This document shows positions 28,227 through 37,721 of a stretch of 64,000 nucleotides of DNA, one piece after another. Positions within the stretch are counted from its first letter, which is position 1; each line of letters begins with the position of its first letter. The DNA is from an uncultured Gammaproteobacteria bacterium. GTDB lineage: Bacteria; Patescibacteriota; Microgenomatia; Levybacterales; GWA1-39-11. The notes under the pieces are model-generated. The model had not been told where the DNA came from. It saw only the letters and a list, made by a program, of their open reading frames with translations, and did no database searches. The stretch is from positions 8,990 through 72,989 of the forward strand of contig CAZAJO010000006.1 in assembly GCA_964485575.1 (NCBI GenBank), written 5' to 3'. The translations under genes and the position numbers were made by a program.

Positions 28227-29699
28227 TTGAGTGTTAGAATAGATCTTGTGTTATCCCCTCTTTTGTTTTTCAGAAAAAAGCACTATCTTCTACTAACTAT
28301 TGTAATTATTTGCGGTTTGTTTGCTACTTGCTACAGCACGCTTTCAATCGTAAGACACACGCAATATGCTTCCTACGGCTATGATCTGGGCATTAATGAT
28401 CAGACTGTGTGGAGGTATAGCAGGTTTGAGCCTCCTATTTCTACAATAGCCCCTTTCCCGGATAGGTCAAAATTAGAGCTTCATGTGGAACTTGTTTATG
28501 CTTTCATTTCTCCTTTCTATTGGTTGTGGTCGACAAGGCGATTTCTTTTGATTATTTCAGCAATTGTCCTGTGTTCCGGTGGTATAGCAACGTATTTACT
28601 AGCGAAGTATAGGTTAAAAGGTGAGCTCATTAGTTTTTCGCTGACTTTTTCCTACTTATTGTTCTATGGTTTGCAGTTTGCTGTTTGGTTTGACGTCCAT
28701 AGCACAGGATTTGGAGCAGCTTTTCTCATGTGGTTTCTGTTGTTTTTAGACAAGAAAAATAAATATTTGTCTTTAGTGTTTTTCTTTTTGACAATCACTT
28801 CTAAAGAAAATATGGCGCTTTATACTTTGGCTATTGCTCTTCTTTATCTTATCAGGAGACGCGAGAAAATTGTTCTTTTTTTCGCAGGGTTTTCCGTAGC
28901 GTACCTGCTTTTTATTTTTTATGTCTTTTTCCCTCATATAATGCACGTTCCGTATCTGTATCAGAATAAGGATGGACTTCTTTCAAATATCAACCCACTC
29001 TATCTTTTCAATTCAGCTGAAAAGCTAAGGACCTTATTCTATACATTTCTCTCAGTTGGGTTTTTGCCTCTCTTAAATCCTCTCACAGTTCCACTTATCA
29101 TGACTCATTTTGCAACTTTCTTTGTGATAGCAAGCGATCTTCCCGGAGCACAAGGTCTATTTGGACACTATCGGGTGACATTGGGACCCCTTCTTACGTG
29201 GTCCACTATCATGACTATTGCCACTTTTAAATTCCTAAATAAAAAATACGTTGCAGTATACCTATTTATTTGTGCATTGATTGTCCAATATACGCTTCAT
29301 TTGCCGCTTTCTTATCTAACAAAGTCATGGTTTTGGACTGTTCCACCTTCTGCTTATACAATAAACAAAATTATCCGTACCTACCTACCAGAAAGAGTGT
29401 CGGTTGCTTTACAAAACAATATAACCCCCCATCTTTCGCACCGCGATCAGATATATACTCTGTACCCTAGTAAAAAAACCTTCGAATCGTCTTCTCCTTG
29501 TGGCAAGAAGGTCTGTAACTGGTTGTCGTGGTATGACCACCCGGAATTTGTCATAGTAGATACTGCAAAGGATTGGGACATCAGACACTTATTGGCAGAC
29601 AGACCAGTCTTTCTTGATGCTTTATCAAATGTTGAAAAATCAGGAGAACTCATTAGGTTTAAGGTTGAGGGAACTACAATCCTCTACAAAACAAGGTGA
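28227..29699 (+). CDS. DUF2079 family membrane protein (TTG start; alternative GTG at 28248)
   Basis: Multi-TM with ..YASYGYDLGINDQTVW.. early loop typical of DUF2079. Confidence 0.5.
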   Translation: MSVRIDLVLSPLLFFRKKHYLLLTIVIICGLFATCYSTLSIVRHTQYASYGYDLGINDQTVWRYSRFEPPISTIAPFPDRSKLELHVELVYAFISPFYWLWSTRRFLLIISAIVLCSGGIATYLLAKYRLKGELISFSLTFSYLLFYGLQFAVWFDVHSTGFGAAFLMWFLLFLDKKNKYLSLVFFFLTITSKENMALYTLAIALLYLIRRREKIVLFFAGFSVAYLLFIFYVFFPHIMHVPYLYQNKDGLLSNINPLYLFNSAEKLRTLFYTFLSVGFLPLLNPLTVPLIMTHFATFFVIASDLPGAQGLFGHYRVTLGPLLTWSTIMTIATFKFLNKKYVAVYLFICALIVQYTLHLPLSYLTKSWFWTVPPSAYTINKIIRTYLPERVSVALQNNITPHLSHRDQIYTLYPSKKTFESSSPCGKKVCNWLSWYDHPEFVIVDTAKDWDIRHLLADRPVFLDALSNVEKSGELIRFKVEGTTILYKTR

Positions 29700-29759
29700 A
29701 CCCCTCCTTGTCTTTCGACGCGGAGGGGTCAAAATACACCTTTCTTGGAGTACCCGCTC

Positions 29760-30014
29760 TCACGGTAGCCCGAGGGCGAAGAGCGCCAACCACAGAAAGC
29801 CGACAAACAGGATCATTCCCCTGATTGGTTTCTGATCGTCGAAAATCTGACTCGTAAGGTACAGGAAAAATCCTGCTAGACCTGCAAGGACGGCAACATA
29901 CCGAAACCCTTCCCAGAACGAATGAACACTATAGGAAGTTAATATTCCCAATGCCAGAACAACCGGAAATCGCCACCCGTCGAGTGTAGTCAAAACCTTG
30001 GTGCGAATAGACAT
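29760..30014 (-). CDS. small hypothetical membrane protein inside GC-rich islet
   Basis: 84 aa, 3 TM. Local GC is about 50-60% versus about 36% background. Confidence 0.35.
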   Translation of the reverse strand: MSIRTKVLTTLDGWRFPVVLALGILTSYSVHSFWEGFRYVAVLAGLAGFFLYLTSQIFDDQKPIRGMILFVGFLWLALFALGLP

Positions 30015-30052
30015 TTCTTCCCTCCGGAAGTAGTTTTTGTACCCACAAGGGT

Positions 30053-30155
30053 CTAGAAGACGCCAAACTCAGCCTGCAGTACTGCTGCAAGCAGGAAGAG
30101 AGTTGTTGAGACTACCTTTCTGAAAAAACTGCGGGACAGTCTCTGGCTACTCATC
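30053..30155 (-). CDS. 33-aa hydrophobic micro-ORF (MSSQRLSRSFFRKVVSTTLFLLAAVLQAEFGVF), uncertain
   Basis: Manually translated. It lies immediately upstream (minus strand) of the 84-aa ORF in the same GC-rich islet. Confidence 0.2.
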
Positions 30156-30393
30156 GAAATGGTAATCAGAAAAAGTCCACTTGCGGCCAGCCAGAAAGAT
30201 GCCAGTAACGCGGTGATAACAACAGCCATTCAAAACTCCAAGTTAAGGTGCAGTCGACAAGCTTGTCGACAGAGACGAATAAACTCATTGCCCGAAAGCT
30301 CCTTTCGAGCTTGTTTTATTAGTAGATGGATTGTAGCACAGCTTATTGACGGGGAGAAACGTATATGTTTATAGTAAATGAAGGCGGGATTCT

Positions 30394-30936
30394 ATGGAGG
30401 AACATCAAGTAGATCACGACCCGCTTTCGGACCTAATTAAGGACAATACTTCTATTAAGAAATCCAAGAAAGATGATTTGATTGACATTCATATAGGAAA
30501 TCCTTTGCGTCGAATTACTCAAATCCTTGAAGAGATCAAAAAGCAAAAAGCTTTCACTTTTGATATCAAGGGTTCACTTGGTATTGCAGGCATTGCGCTC
30601 ACTCTTGGAGCTTTTGGGATTTTTGGTGGAACGAAGGCGCTTTGTAGCAAAGGGGTACAGACAAAGCTGGGGAGAATTCAAAAACTTGCTTATCTAGAAG
30701 AGCAGAATGTAAGTGTTCTTAATAAAATACCAATTTTGAACATGATGTTTATGAAACCTTTATCTAATCGTGTTCTTATGATAGGTAGTGACGGGAAAAT
30801 TGTTCACCTTGCTTTTGAAAATAAGATGGTGCCTCCAAATGAAGCACCAGAAATCGAATATTATGCCACTGGTAATTACGACTCGTGTTCGGAGACATTA
30901 ACTGTTGATACTCCAACCGCTTTTCAAGGAAAGTAA
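30394..30936 (+). CDS. hypothetical protein with one TM
   Basis: 180-aa ORF. Confidence 0.45.
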   Translation: MEEHQVDHDPLSDLIKDNTSIKKSKKDDLIDIHIGNPLRRITQILEEIKKQKAFTFDIKGSLGIAGIALTLGAFGIFGGTKALCSKGVQTKLGRIQKLAYLEEQNVSVLNKIPILNMMFMKPLSNRVLMIGSDGKIVHLAFENKMVPPNEAPEIEYYATGNYDSCSETLTVDTPTAFQGK

Positions 30937-30939
30937 TCT

Positions 30940-31902
30940 GTGCTACGATTATTCCAGGCAGGAGAAATTATAAAAGCAGCACTCAAAATACTACTAATAT
31001 TAAGCTTCGGATTCTCTGTGCAATTTCTTTTTCTATTTCTCGTTTTTGCGATAGGTGGCTTTACCCCTGCCTTTCTTAAAGACACTTTGGTGAAGAGTAA
31101 CGTTTACGGTACGGTAAGTTCTAAAATTGAGTCGTTAGCGATCGAATCTTCAGACTCAGAGGATATGATCATGCCTTTTATTAAAGAGCAATTTACCTCT
31201 TCGTATGTTAGGGGTAAAAGCGAGACTCTTATTGATGACACGTTCTCCTGGCTTGATGGAAAGACCTCAACGCCTCCGGTTCTTTCTTTCAAGGAGCTTA
31301 AAGATTCGATTGAGCAAAAGAACCCAGAGTTAATATCTCAATTGCAGCAAATGTCAGTTGAGATGAAGCAACAACAGCAGGAACAAGCAATGCAAGAAGG
31401 GGGGTTGCCTACATCACAAACTGACTCGATGGATTTTAACAAAATGATGAAAAGTGATTTCTCAATTCCGGTAGGTGAAAATCTAAAACCATTAAAGTCC
31501 ATCTACGCTTTCTTCAAGTTTGCTCTTCCACTAACTGCGGTTTACCTGTTGGTACTTTTAGGACTTATTGCTCTTCTTTCTTCAGGAGTAAAAAGTAAGC
31601 TTAAGTGGATTGGGGCTACTTTTATTTCCTCTATATTCTTTTGCTGTTTGCCAATAGTAATAGCGATTGGACTTTCCAAAGCACCTCTTCAATTTGACGT
31701 CAAAAGCCCTGAGATTTCAGGAATTATTTCTTCGATAAGTACCATTGTTGTCAGAGCATTTGCTGAGAAATACTTACAGGTTGAGGTTTTGGGGGTCATG
31801 GCTTTTGTCGCATTTGGAGTCATCTGTTTTATAGCAAGCTCTATGGTTACTTCGACAACACAAGCCAAAACTTCAGTATCTAAAAAACGCAAGACCTCTT
31901 GA
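30940..31902 (+). CDS. hypothetical membrane protein
   Basis: 320 aa, N- and C-terminal TM clusters, Gln-rich central segment. Confidence 0.45.
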   Translation: MLRLFQAGEIIKAALKILLILSFGFSVQFLFLFLVFAIGGFTPAFLKDTLVKSNVYGTVSSKIESLAIESSDSEDMIMPFIKEQFTSSYVRGKSETLIDDTFSWLDGKTSTPPVLSFKELKDSIEQKNPELISQLQQMSVEMKQQQQEQAMQEGGLPTSQTDSMDFNKMMKSDFSIPVGENLKPLKSIYAFFKFALPLTAVYLLVLLGLIALLSSGVKSKLKWIGATFISSIFFCCLPIVIAIGLSKAPLQFDVKSPEISGIISSISTIVVRAFAEKYLQVEVLGVMAFVAFGVICFIASSMVTSTTQAKTSVSKKRKTS

Positions 31903-31934
31903 TTCTTTTCTGACTTTTATATATCCTTGCATTC

Positions 31935-32591
31935 GTGTACGGCAGTTCTCCAACTCACAATGATTCAGGGTTTGATAGTAAAATATTGTGGGTTCTGGTA
32001 TGGCTATTAACGTTAGGAATAGTTGCAGTAATAAGTTACGGAATGGGTAAAGGGGGACCCAATTTAGCCCTAAAACCTTCTCCGGTTCCGACTACTTCGC
32101 TACAGGAAATTCCGACCGCTCCCCCACTCAGCTTAACACCAACAAAAACAGCTTCTCCTTCACCGGAGCTTGAAATTTGTGACAAGACAGGACCATCGCA
32201 GAAAAAGGACTATCTGGTCACGTATTACATGAAGGAGGGTGATTCAGTAACGTCTGTTGCTGAAAAAGAACTGGGAGACAGTCGTAGAACTACCGAAATA
32301 ATTGCTCTGAACGAAGGAGGACCAGCACTTGCTGTTGGAAGTGCACTATACCTTCCACCAACAGACATCAAACAATCTTCTGGTCACATTGCCGAGGTAT
32401 CAGGTAAAATAGTCAGAAAAGACAACAGCACATCCTGGCAGCTAGCTTATGGAGCTGGAGTTGACGGACCAGGCATAGCTTTACCAGGGTTCTGGTTCAA
32501 AAATATTGCAACTTCGCAATACAAGATAGGTGACTGTGTAACTATACTCTTTGACAATGGTGTCAAAGTTTATAGTATAAAAAAGTCTTGA
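31935..32591 (+). CDS. membrane-anchored LysM-like domain protein
   Basis: TM, Pro/Thr linker, then DYLVTYYMKEGDSVTSVAEKELGDSRRTTEIIALN (LysM-like). Confidence 0.45.
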   Translation: MYGSSPTHNDSGFDSKILWVLVWLLTLGIVAVISYGMGKGGPNLALKPSPVPTTSLQEIPTAPPLSLTPTKTASPSPELEICDKTGPSQKKDYLVTYYMKEGDSVTSVAEKELGDSRRTTEIIALNEGGPALAVGSALYLPPTDIKQSSGHIAEVSGKIVRKDNSTSWQLAYGAGVDGPGIALPGFWFKNIATSQYKIGDCVTILFDNGVKVYSIKKS

Positions 32592-32607
32592 TACCTTTAG
32601 TTAAAAA

Positions 32608-32817
32608 TTACTTTTTAGCACAAACCTTACAGTCACTCATATGAGTTGCTGCAAGATAAACAGCTGAAAGTCCAACAAGGATGTAAACAACTTTTTCAAC
32701 GCCTCCCATAGATCCGAGAAGCATTGTTACCAAGTTAAAATTAAGAAGACCAACAAGTCCCCAATTGACACCTCCAACTACTACTAAAATAAAAGCGAGC
32801 ATGTGTAACCACTTCAT
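32608..32817 (-). CDS. DUF378 family small membrane protein
   Basis: MKWLHMLAFILVVVGGVNWGLVGLLNFNLV..YILVGLSAVY is the DUF378 consensus. Confidence 0.75.
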   Translation of the reverse strand: MKWLHMLAFILVVVGGVNWGLVGLLNFNLVTMLLGSMGGVEKVVYILVGLSAVYLAATHMSDCKVCAKK

Positions 32818-32868
32818 ATTTACTCACCTCCCTTCACTTTTACGACACTTAATATATAGTAGCACTTC

Positions 32869-33333
32869 TTGTATACTAAATGTGTGAAAAGAAAAGTTCT
32901 TCTTATTGTCAGCCTCATCCTTTTTTTCGTTGTACCCGGCAAGGTAAGTGCTCAGGACATAAGTACGACAGACAAACTCATAACTGTTGATATAGGAAAA
33001 CAAAAATTGTACGCGTGGGAAGGTGGCAAAGTTCTTCAGGAGTTCAGGGTATCGACCGGTATGCGCTACACACCTACCGTGAAAGGAAGCTTTAAAATCC
33101 GCTCCAAAATTGAAAAGCAAAATATGAAGGGCAATTACCCTCCCTACGAGCCATATTTTAGAAAAGATGTTCCCAATGTTATGTATTTCTATCAAGCTTA
33201 TGCCATCCATGGTGTTTATTGGCACAGTCTTTTTGGGTCACGCGCCTCACATGGATGTGTAAATTTGTCAGTTGCTGATTCAAAATGGGTGTTTGACTGG
33301 GCACAAGTAGGAACTAGGGTTGAAGTGTTCTAA
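32869..33333 (+). CDS. L,D-transpeptidase (YkuD domain); non-ATG start (TTG 32869 or GTG 32884)
   Basis: Signal peptide, then YAIHGVYWHSLFGSRASHGCVNLS (catalytic His/Cys of L,D-transpeptidases). Confidence 0.8.
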   Translation: MYTKCVKRKVLLIVSLILFFVVPGKVSAQDISTTDKLITVDIGKQKLYAWEGGKVLQEFRVSTGMRYTPTVKGSFKIRSKIEKQNMKGNYPPYEPYFRKDVPNVMYFYQAYAIHGVYWHSLFGSRASHGCVNLSVADSKWVFDWAQVGTRVEVF

Positions 33334-33686
33334 GCGGGAACCTCGAGACTTCCTTGTGGAATTGTCTGAAAAAGATCGATATTTGGATTCTCTTCTGATA
33401 CTTTTTTCCTAACTCGTTCTTGCTCGACCAAATGATTAATGGCTGTATAACCTACTCCAGACCTTATATCAGAATCCTCGATTATGCGACCCTCCTCAAA
33501 ATTTGCACGGATTTCCCTCACTTTTTGACTAGCTTGCGAAGGAGTCCACCACTCTATGCCCTCTCTCTCAAGGAGAATACCAGCAGTTAAGTATTCAGCT
33601 TCAAGAATGGCAAATCTTTCTGCTTGTTGATTTGCTCTACCCGATTCTGCCAGATAACTGTCGCCTCTGAACATATTTATTTCCAT
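33330..33686 (-). CDS. hypothetical protein
   Basis: 118 aa. Confidence 0.4.
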   Translation of the reverse strand: MEINMFRGDSYLAESGRANQQAERFAILEAEYLTAGILLEREGIEWWTPSQASQKVREIRANFEEGRIIEDSDIRSGVGYTAINHLVEQERVRKKVSEENPNIDLFQTIPQGSLEVPA

Positions 33687-33944
33687 TTTGCGATTATAGT
33701 ACTCTTGAGGCTAAATTACAAATACCACAGGGTTGTGCACTTAACTTGACAAAAATTCAAAAAAGCTCTAACGTTAATATAGTCCAACCAAAAGAATTGG
33801 ATCCGATTCCTAGGAAGGACGGTACATTGAAGGAAGAGTCTACTAGAAGGCGATTCTGGAGAAGTATCAGTAGGGATAGTTAGGACTATTTTGTTAAAAC
33901 AGACCGTAAAAAAGTTTGTTTATATAACAAAATGATCCAAAAAA

Positions 33945-33982
33945 AACAAAAAGGCCTGTGTAATAGCAGGCCTTTTTGTTTG
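33945..33982. terminator. bidirectional rho-independent terminator (AAAAAGGCCTG-tgtaatag-CAGGCCTTTTT)
   Basis: GC stem flanked by an A-run on one side and a T-run on the other. It sits directly downstream of the minus-strand gene ending at 33985. Confidence 0.75.
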
Positions 33983-33984
33983 TA

Positions 33985-34326
33985 TTAGGCTGTTGCAATA
34001 ACATCTGCTCTACCTTTAAGTCTTGCGTTCTCAATTTCAAGTTCCTGAATTTTTCTTTTTAGGTCTTTATTATTCTTCCTTTCTGAGTTTAGTGTGCTGT
34101 TTTTGCCCCGCATTATAAATGCAGTACCAACAGAGTTCACCAAAAAGATTATCCAAGAGAAGACGAGTGTAAGCAAAACACTTCCAAGTACGACTAGGTA
34201 AAGAGGTACTCCCGGAATGCTATATGAGCTGAGATGGATCGTAACCAAACCTCCATTTTGCAGTGCAAAAAAAGCTATTGCTATCCCAAATATTATTGTT
34301 ATTATTAACTCCAACATATTGTTCAC
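33985..34326 (-). CDS. LapA-like (DUF1049) inner-membrane protein with C-terminal coiled coil
   Basis: Two TM, then KRKIQELEIENARLKGRADV. Confidence 0.55.
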   Translation of the reverse strand: MNNMLELIITIIFGIAIAFFALQNGGLVTIHLSSYSIPGVPLYLVVLGSVLLTLVFSWIIFLVNSVGTAFIMRGKNSTLNSERKNNKDLKRKIQELEIENARLKGRADVIATA

Positions 34327-34333
34327 CTCCTTC

Positions 34334-34795
34334 TTAAAAACTTCCTATAAGTTGTAGGGCCTGAACTTTGCTCTTACGGTCTTGATTCAAAAGTTCAACT
34401 GACTCAGTCTCCTTAAGACGCAACCCCTCAACTACGCTTTTCAGTTTTTGCGCACTATCATGCGTGAGCCATTGGAATACAGTGTCAACCCCATCTCCAT
34501 AGCTTCCTTTTATTCGGATACCCGAAAAGAAGATAGATTGCGTTAGCTCAAAAACTGTCACTCTACTCAAGGGTACGGTAGTGATAACAGTAAAAAATGG
34601 GAAGTATCTCCTTTTAATTACCAATCTCTTCTCTTCAACGACCAGCTCGTCGGGGATGAGATCAAAAGGCCAGGTTCCTTTAGCCTTATAAAGAAAAGCC
34701 GAAACCTGAGAAGCTGCAACGACCGTTCGCTCGAAATTTTTCTTTACTACTACATATGGCTCTACTTTTTTTGAGATGTTTTTTTTCAGTTCCAT
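34334..34795 (-). CDS. hypothetical protein
   Basis: 153 aa. Confidence 0.4.
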   Translation of the reverse strand: MELKKNISKKVEPYVVVKKNFERTVVAASQVSAFLYKAKGTWPFDLIPDELVVEEKRLVIKRRYFPFFTVITTVPLSRVTVFELTQSIFFSGIRIKGSYGDGVDTVFQWLTHDSAQKLKSVVEGLRLKETESVELLNQDRKSKVQALQLIGSF

Positions 34796-34796
34796 A

Positions 34797-35078
34797 TTAA
34801 ATATCTTGCAATTGCGATATTAGTATTTGTGTTTGTGATTCAATCTGCCTTGTTGCTTGATTTACCTCTTGTTCCCGATCATTCTCTGCCGTTTGTTTCA
34901 GTCTATCGATTTCTTGCTCAGCCGCCTGTTGCAGTAGAGATATGTCAGCGTCTAGCTTTTGGTTCACGGTCTCGATTTCGTGAGATAAACGTGTATCTAT
35001 GGAAGTTAACCTGCTTTTAATTTCGTTGATGTCTGATATTGGAGTATTCATATATTTTCTGAGTTCTGCAGGAGGCAT
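34797..35078 (-). CDS. hypothetical coiled-coil protein
   Basis: 93 aa, heptad-rich. Confidence 0.35.
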   Translation of the reverse strand: MPPAELRKYMNTPISDINEIKSRLTSIDTRLSHEIETVNQKLDADISLLQQAAEQEIDRLKQTAENDREQEVNQATRQIESQTQILISQLQDI

Positions 35079-35104
35079 AAACCTCCTGCAGAATGTCTGT
35101 CTTT

Positions 35105-35425
35105 TTACTTGGTCGCATAAACAACCTTTTTGCTCTCAAGTGCCCCTTGAGCAACAGAATCCTTTGCGATCTCGCCAATTTTCTTAGCTTTTATTTCTCC
35201 TTCTCTAAGGTTTTTTTTAACCTCTTTTTTCTTCCTCTCGGTATATCCAGTTACACTGTCTTTGAACTGGGTAAGAACTTCTTTGACCATTTCACGATTT
35301 TTCTTATCCCTCAAGATCAAAGCTCCTGTTACGCCTATTCCTGCCCCGACGACGGCTCCAGCTACTGTAGAGACAACCGGATTAGTTTTTTCTGTGGAAT
35401 CTTTAAGTTGATTTGTCATAGTCAC
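35105..35425 (-). CDS. YtxH-like (general stress) domain protein
   Basis: VAGAVVGAGIGVTGALIL followed by Lys/Glu-rich helix. Confidence 0.55.
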   Translation of the reverse strand: MTMTNQLKDSTEKTNPVVSTVAGAVVGAGIGVTGALILRDKKNREMVKEVLTQFKDSVTGYTERKKKEVKKNLREGEIKAKKIGEIAKDSVAQGALESKKVVYATK

Positions 35426-35504
35426 CTCCTTTTTTTGCTATCTCCATTTAACCTTTTCAACATAAGAGGGGAAGATGAGAAATGTGAGAAATGTGTATGA
35501 AACT

Positions 35505-36548
35505 TTATGCGGCAAGTGGAAAATATGGAGATAGGTCCAAAACTACTTTACCGGACTGCCATGGACTTGCAGCAACTATGCCCCTGTCTGGTCCTAGTCC
35601 ATATTCGTCTTGGAACATATACTCAATTCGGATAGCTTGCGATGTAAAACTTTCAACAGCCTTTCTGACTGTAAATTCGCTAAAATCCTCAGGTATCCCA
35701 AAATCACGATATATTTTTTGTATAACCTCAGGATTAAGTGTTGGAGGAACAACAAGGCCTGGCATTCTTGCCTCAAGAATAGAAGGAGGATTGTCTCCAC
35801 TGAATCGCATTGCTTTTACTTGTCTGTCAAGCGCCCATTGAGCTATAAGCTCATCTTCCTCTTTTCCAATAACCTGAATGTGTTCTCTTTTTCCCATCTC
35901 TTGATACTTTTCTATTATGCCTGAAGCATACATCCTTGTTTTTGGTATGCCTTGAACATCAATATTATGTCTTTCCATATATTCAAATAATTCATCTGGC
36001 TGCATACTTTCAATTTCCGCACGAAGATAACCGCTGTGGATTTGGTTGGTTAGAACTTGCGGTAGTCCTATTAAGATCGTGTCATTGTCTTGTCCCGATG
36101 ACATCTTCCCCAAAAAGTTATGTAATGTTTTCTTGCCTCTGTTTTTTACATCTGTTCTACCTACACCGACATTTTCAAAGTTTTTAACTTTTAAAAATGC
36201 TTCTTCAAGTTCTTCATTGAATTGGTCTCCTTCATTTTTATCATTTGTTGCAGATAACACGAGGTCATATTGAGCCATCGAGTGATCATATGCTACACCA
36301 ATGGTATTTGCATTTTCCCGTGCGCAGGCAATCACTTGAGTCATCAAAGTTGTTTTTCCAACCCCTGATGACCCAAAATATCCAAGTCTTTTTCCTTCTA
36401 ATGCCTTTTGAATAAGAAATTTAGGTAAGTCCCTGCCAAATGGTCTGACGTCATAAACTGAAGCCAATACATTATATTTTTCTGGATTTACAACAATTTC
36501 TCCAAGAAGAATCTCTGATTTTGTTTGACCTATTAGCTCTTTACCCAT
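35505..36548 (-). CDS. P-loop NTPase of unknown function
   Basis: Walker A GYFGSSGVGKTTL. No further assignable domains. Confidence 0.5.
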   Translation of the reverse strand: MGKELIGQTKSEILLGEIVVNPEKYNVLASVYDVRPFGRDLPKFLIQKALEGKRLGYFGSSGVGKTTLMTQVIACARENANTIGVAYDHSMAQYDLVLSATNDKNEGDQFNEELEEAFLKVKNFENVGVGRTDVKNRGKKTLHNFLGKMSSGQDNDTILIGLPQVLTNQIHSGYLRAEIESMQPDELFEYMERHNIDVQGIPKTRMYASGIIEKYQEMGKREHIQVIGKEEDELIAQWALDRQVKAMRFSGDNPPSILEARMPGLVVPPTLNPEVIQKIYRDFGIPEDFSEFTVRKAVESFTSQAIRIEYMFQDEYGLGPDRGIVAASPWQSGKVVLDLSPYFPLAA

Positions 36549-37721
36549 ACAGCTTTTTCGGCAGTTTTATTGTCATAATGGTTCCCTTATTTAGTCTGGA
36601 ATATATTTCTATAGTTCCTTTATGTTTGTCAATAATTCCCTTCACGATGTAAAGCCCCAGTCCCATACCTTCTTTTCTATTACCCTTTGCTTTGAAGAAC
36701 TCATGAAAGACTTTATTTTGTTCATTTTTGCGTATTCCTTTTCCATAATCAGTAACAGTAATTTTGATGTATTTTCCTTCAGAAACCAAAGCTACAACGA
36801 TAGGAGTAGTTTTTGTTGAAAATTTTGCTGCATTATTGAGAAGATTTGTAAAAACTTGTTGTAACTTTTCTGTGTCTCCCTGTATCATTCTTGATTTTAG
36901 ATTGAGGTCATTTCCAAAAAAACTTTGTATCCAGGGTAACTGAATCTAAAATTTATGACCGCTCTTTTAATGGTTTTTAGAATATTTATTTCCTTCCAGC
37001 GGTACGATAGTTGACCAGTCTTTACTTGATCTATAGCAAGAAGTTCATTGAGCATGTGCTTTAGCCTTTTTATCTCCTGTGTCAGAACCTCAACTGATTT
37101 TTCTGATGGGAATTGCTTGCTATTTATTTTTTTTGCGATAAGGTCAGCGTAAGCAGATATGGTTGTTAACGGTGTTTTTAACTCGTGGGAAGCAAGCGAG
37201 ATGAAAAGATCTCTCTCCTCCACCGACTCCATTGTTTTTTCGTAAAGTTGCGAATTTCGGATACCAAGACTTATGAGTGATCCAAAGAGATTGATGACAT
37301 TAATAGTTCTTTTGTCCATTATCTGTGGTATTTTAGACTGTAGAGTCATTACGCCAATTGTTTCATGGTTGAAGCTTAGGGGAATAATAATGAGTGATCT
37401 TACTCCGACATCATAAAGTTCCTTGTGAATTTTCTTTAAAGTTTGCTCAGTTATTATATATAGTTTTCCATTGATAAATGATTTGTGGGAATATCCTTTC
37501 TCACGCGGTTCTACTTGTCTTTTTGGTGGAACATTGGTGTAAACCCTTACCAATTCTCCGTCTTTGCCACCTAAAAATATTGATCCATAATCAGCTCCTG
37601 CTACTTTTCCTGCTTCTGAGACTGCAATCTTAAATCGATCCTCAAGATTCAAGGGTTCAAGAAATGAAAGCGTTGAATGATAGAGACGGGTCAGAATCTC
37701 ACTGTCTGCAAAGTCTCTCAT
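36541..37721 (-). pseudogene. GAF-sensor histidine kinase disrupted by a frameshift in an A7/T7 homopolymer (36916-36922)
   Basis: ORF 36897-37721 encodes GAF + HisKA (LASHELKTPLTTI). ORF 36541-36888 encodes the HATPase_c N/G boxes (NLLNNAAKFS, DYGKGI, GMGLGLYIV). Adding one T in the T7 run (minus strand) joins them into ..YKVFFGNDLNLKSRMIQGDTEKLQQVF.., a canonical kinase. Confidence 0.65.

Noticed and set aside
30159-30374. 71-aa plus-strand ORF reading through the SalI-HindIII-SalI palindrome
   Set aside because: Arg/Cys-rich translation of GC-rich non-coding-looking DNA. It spans a palindrome and a hairpin, so it is probably not coding.
35491-36273. Four plus-strand ORFs (75-116 aa) antisense to the P-loop NTPase gene
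   Set aside because: Shadow ORFs of the 347-aa minus-strand gene.
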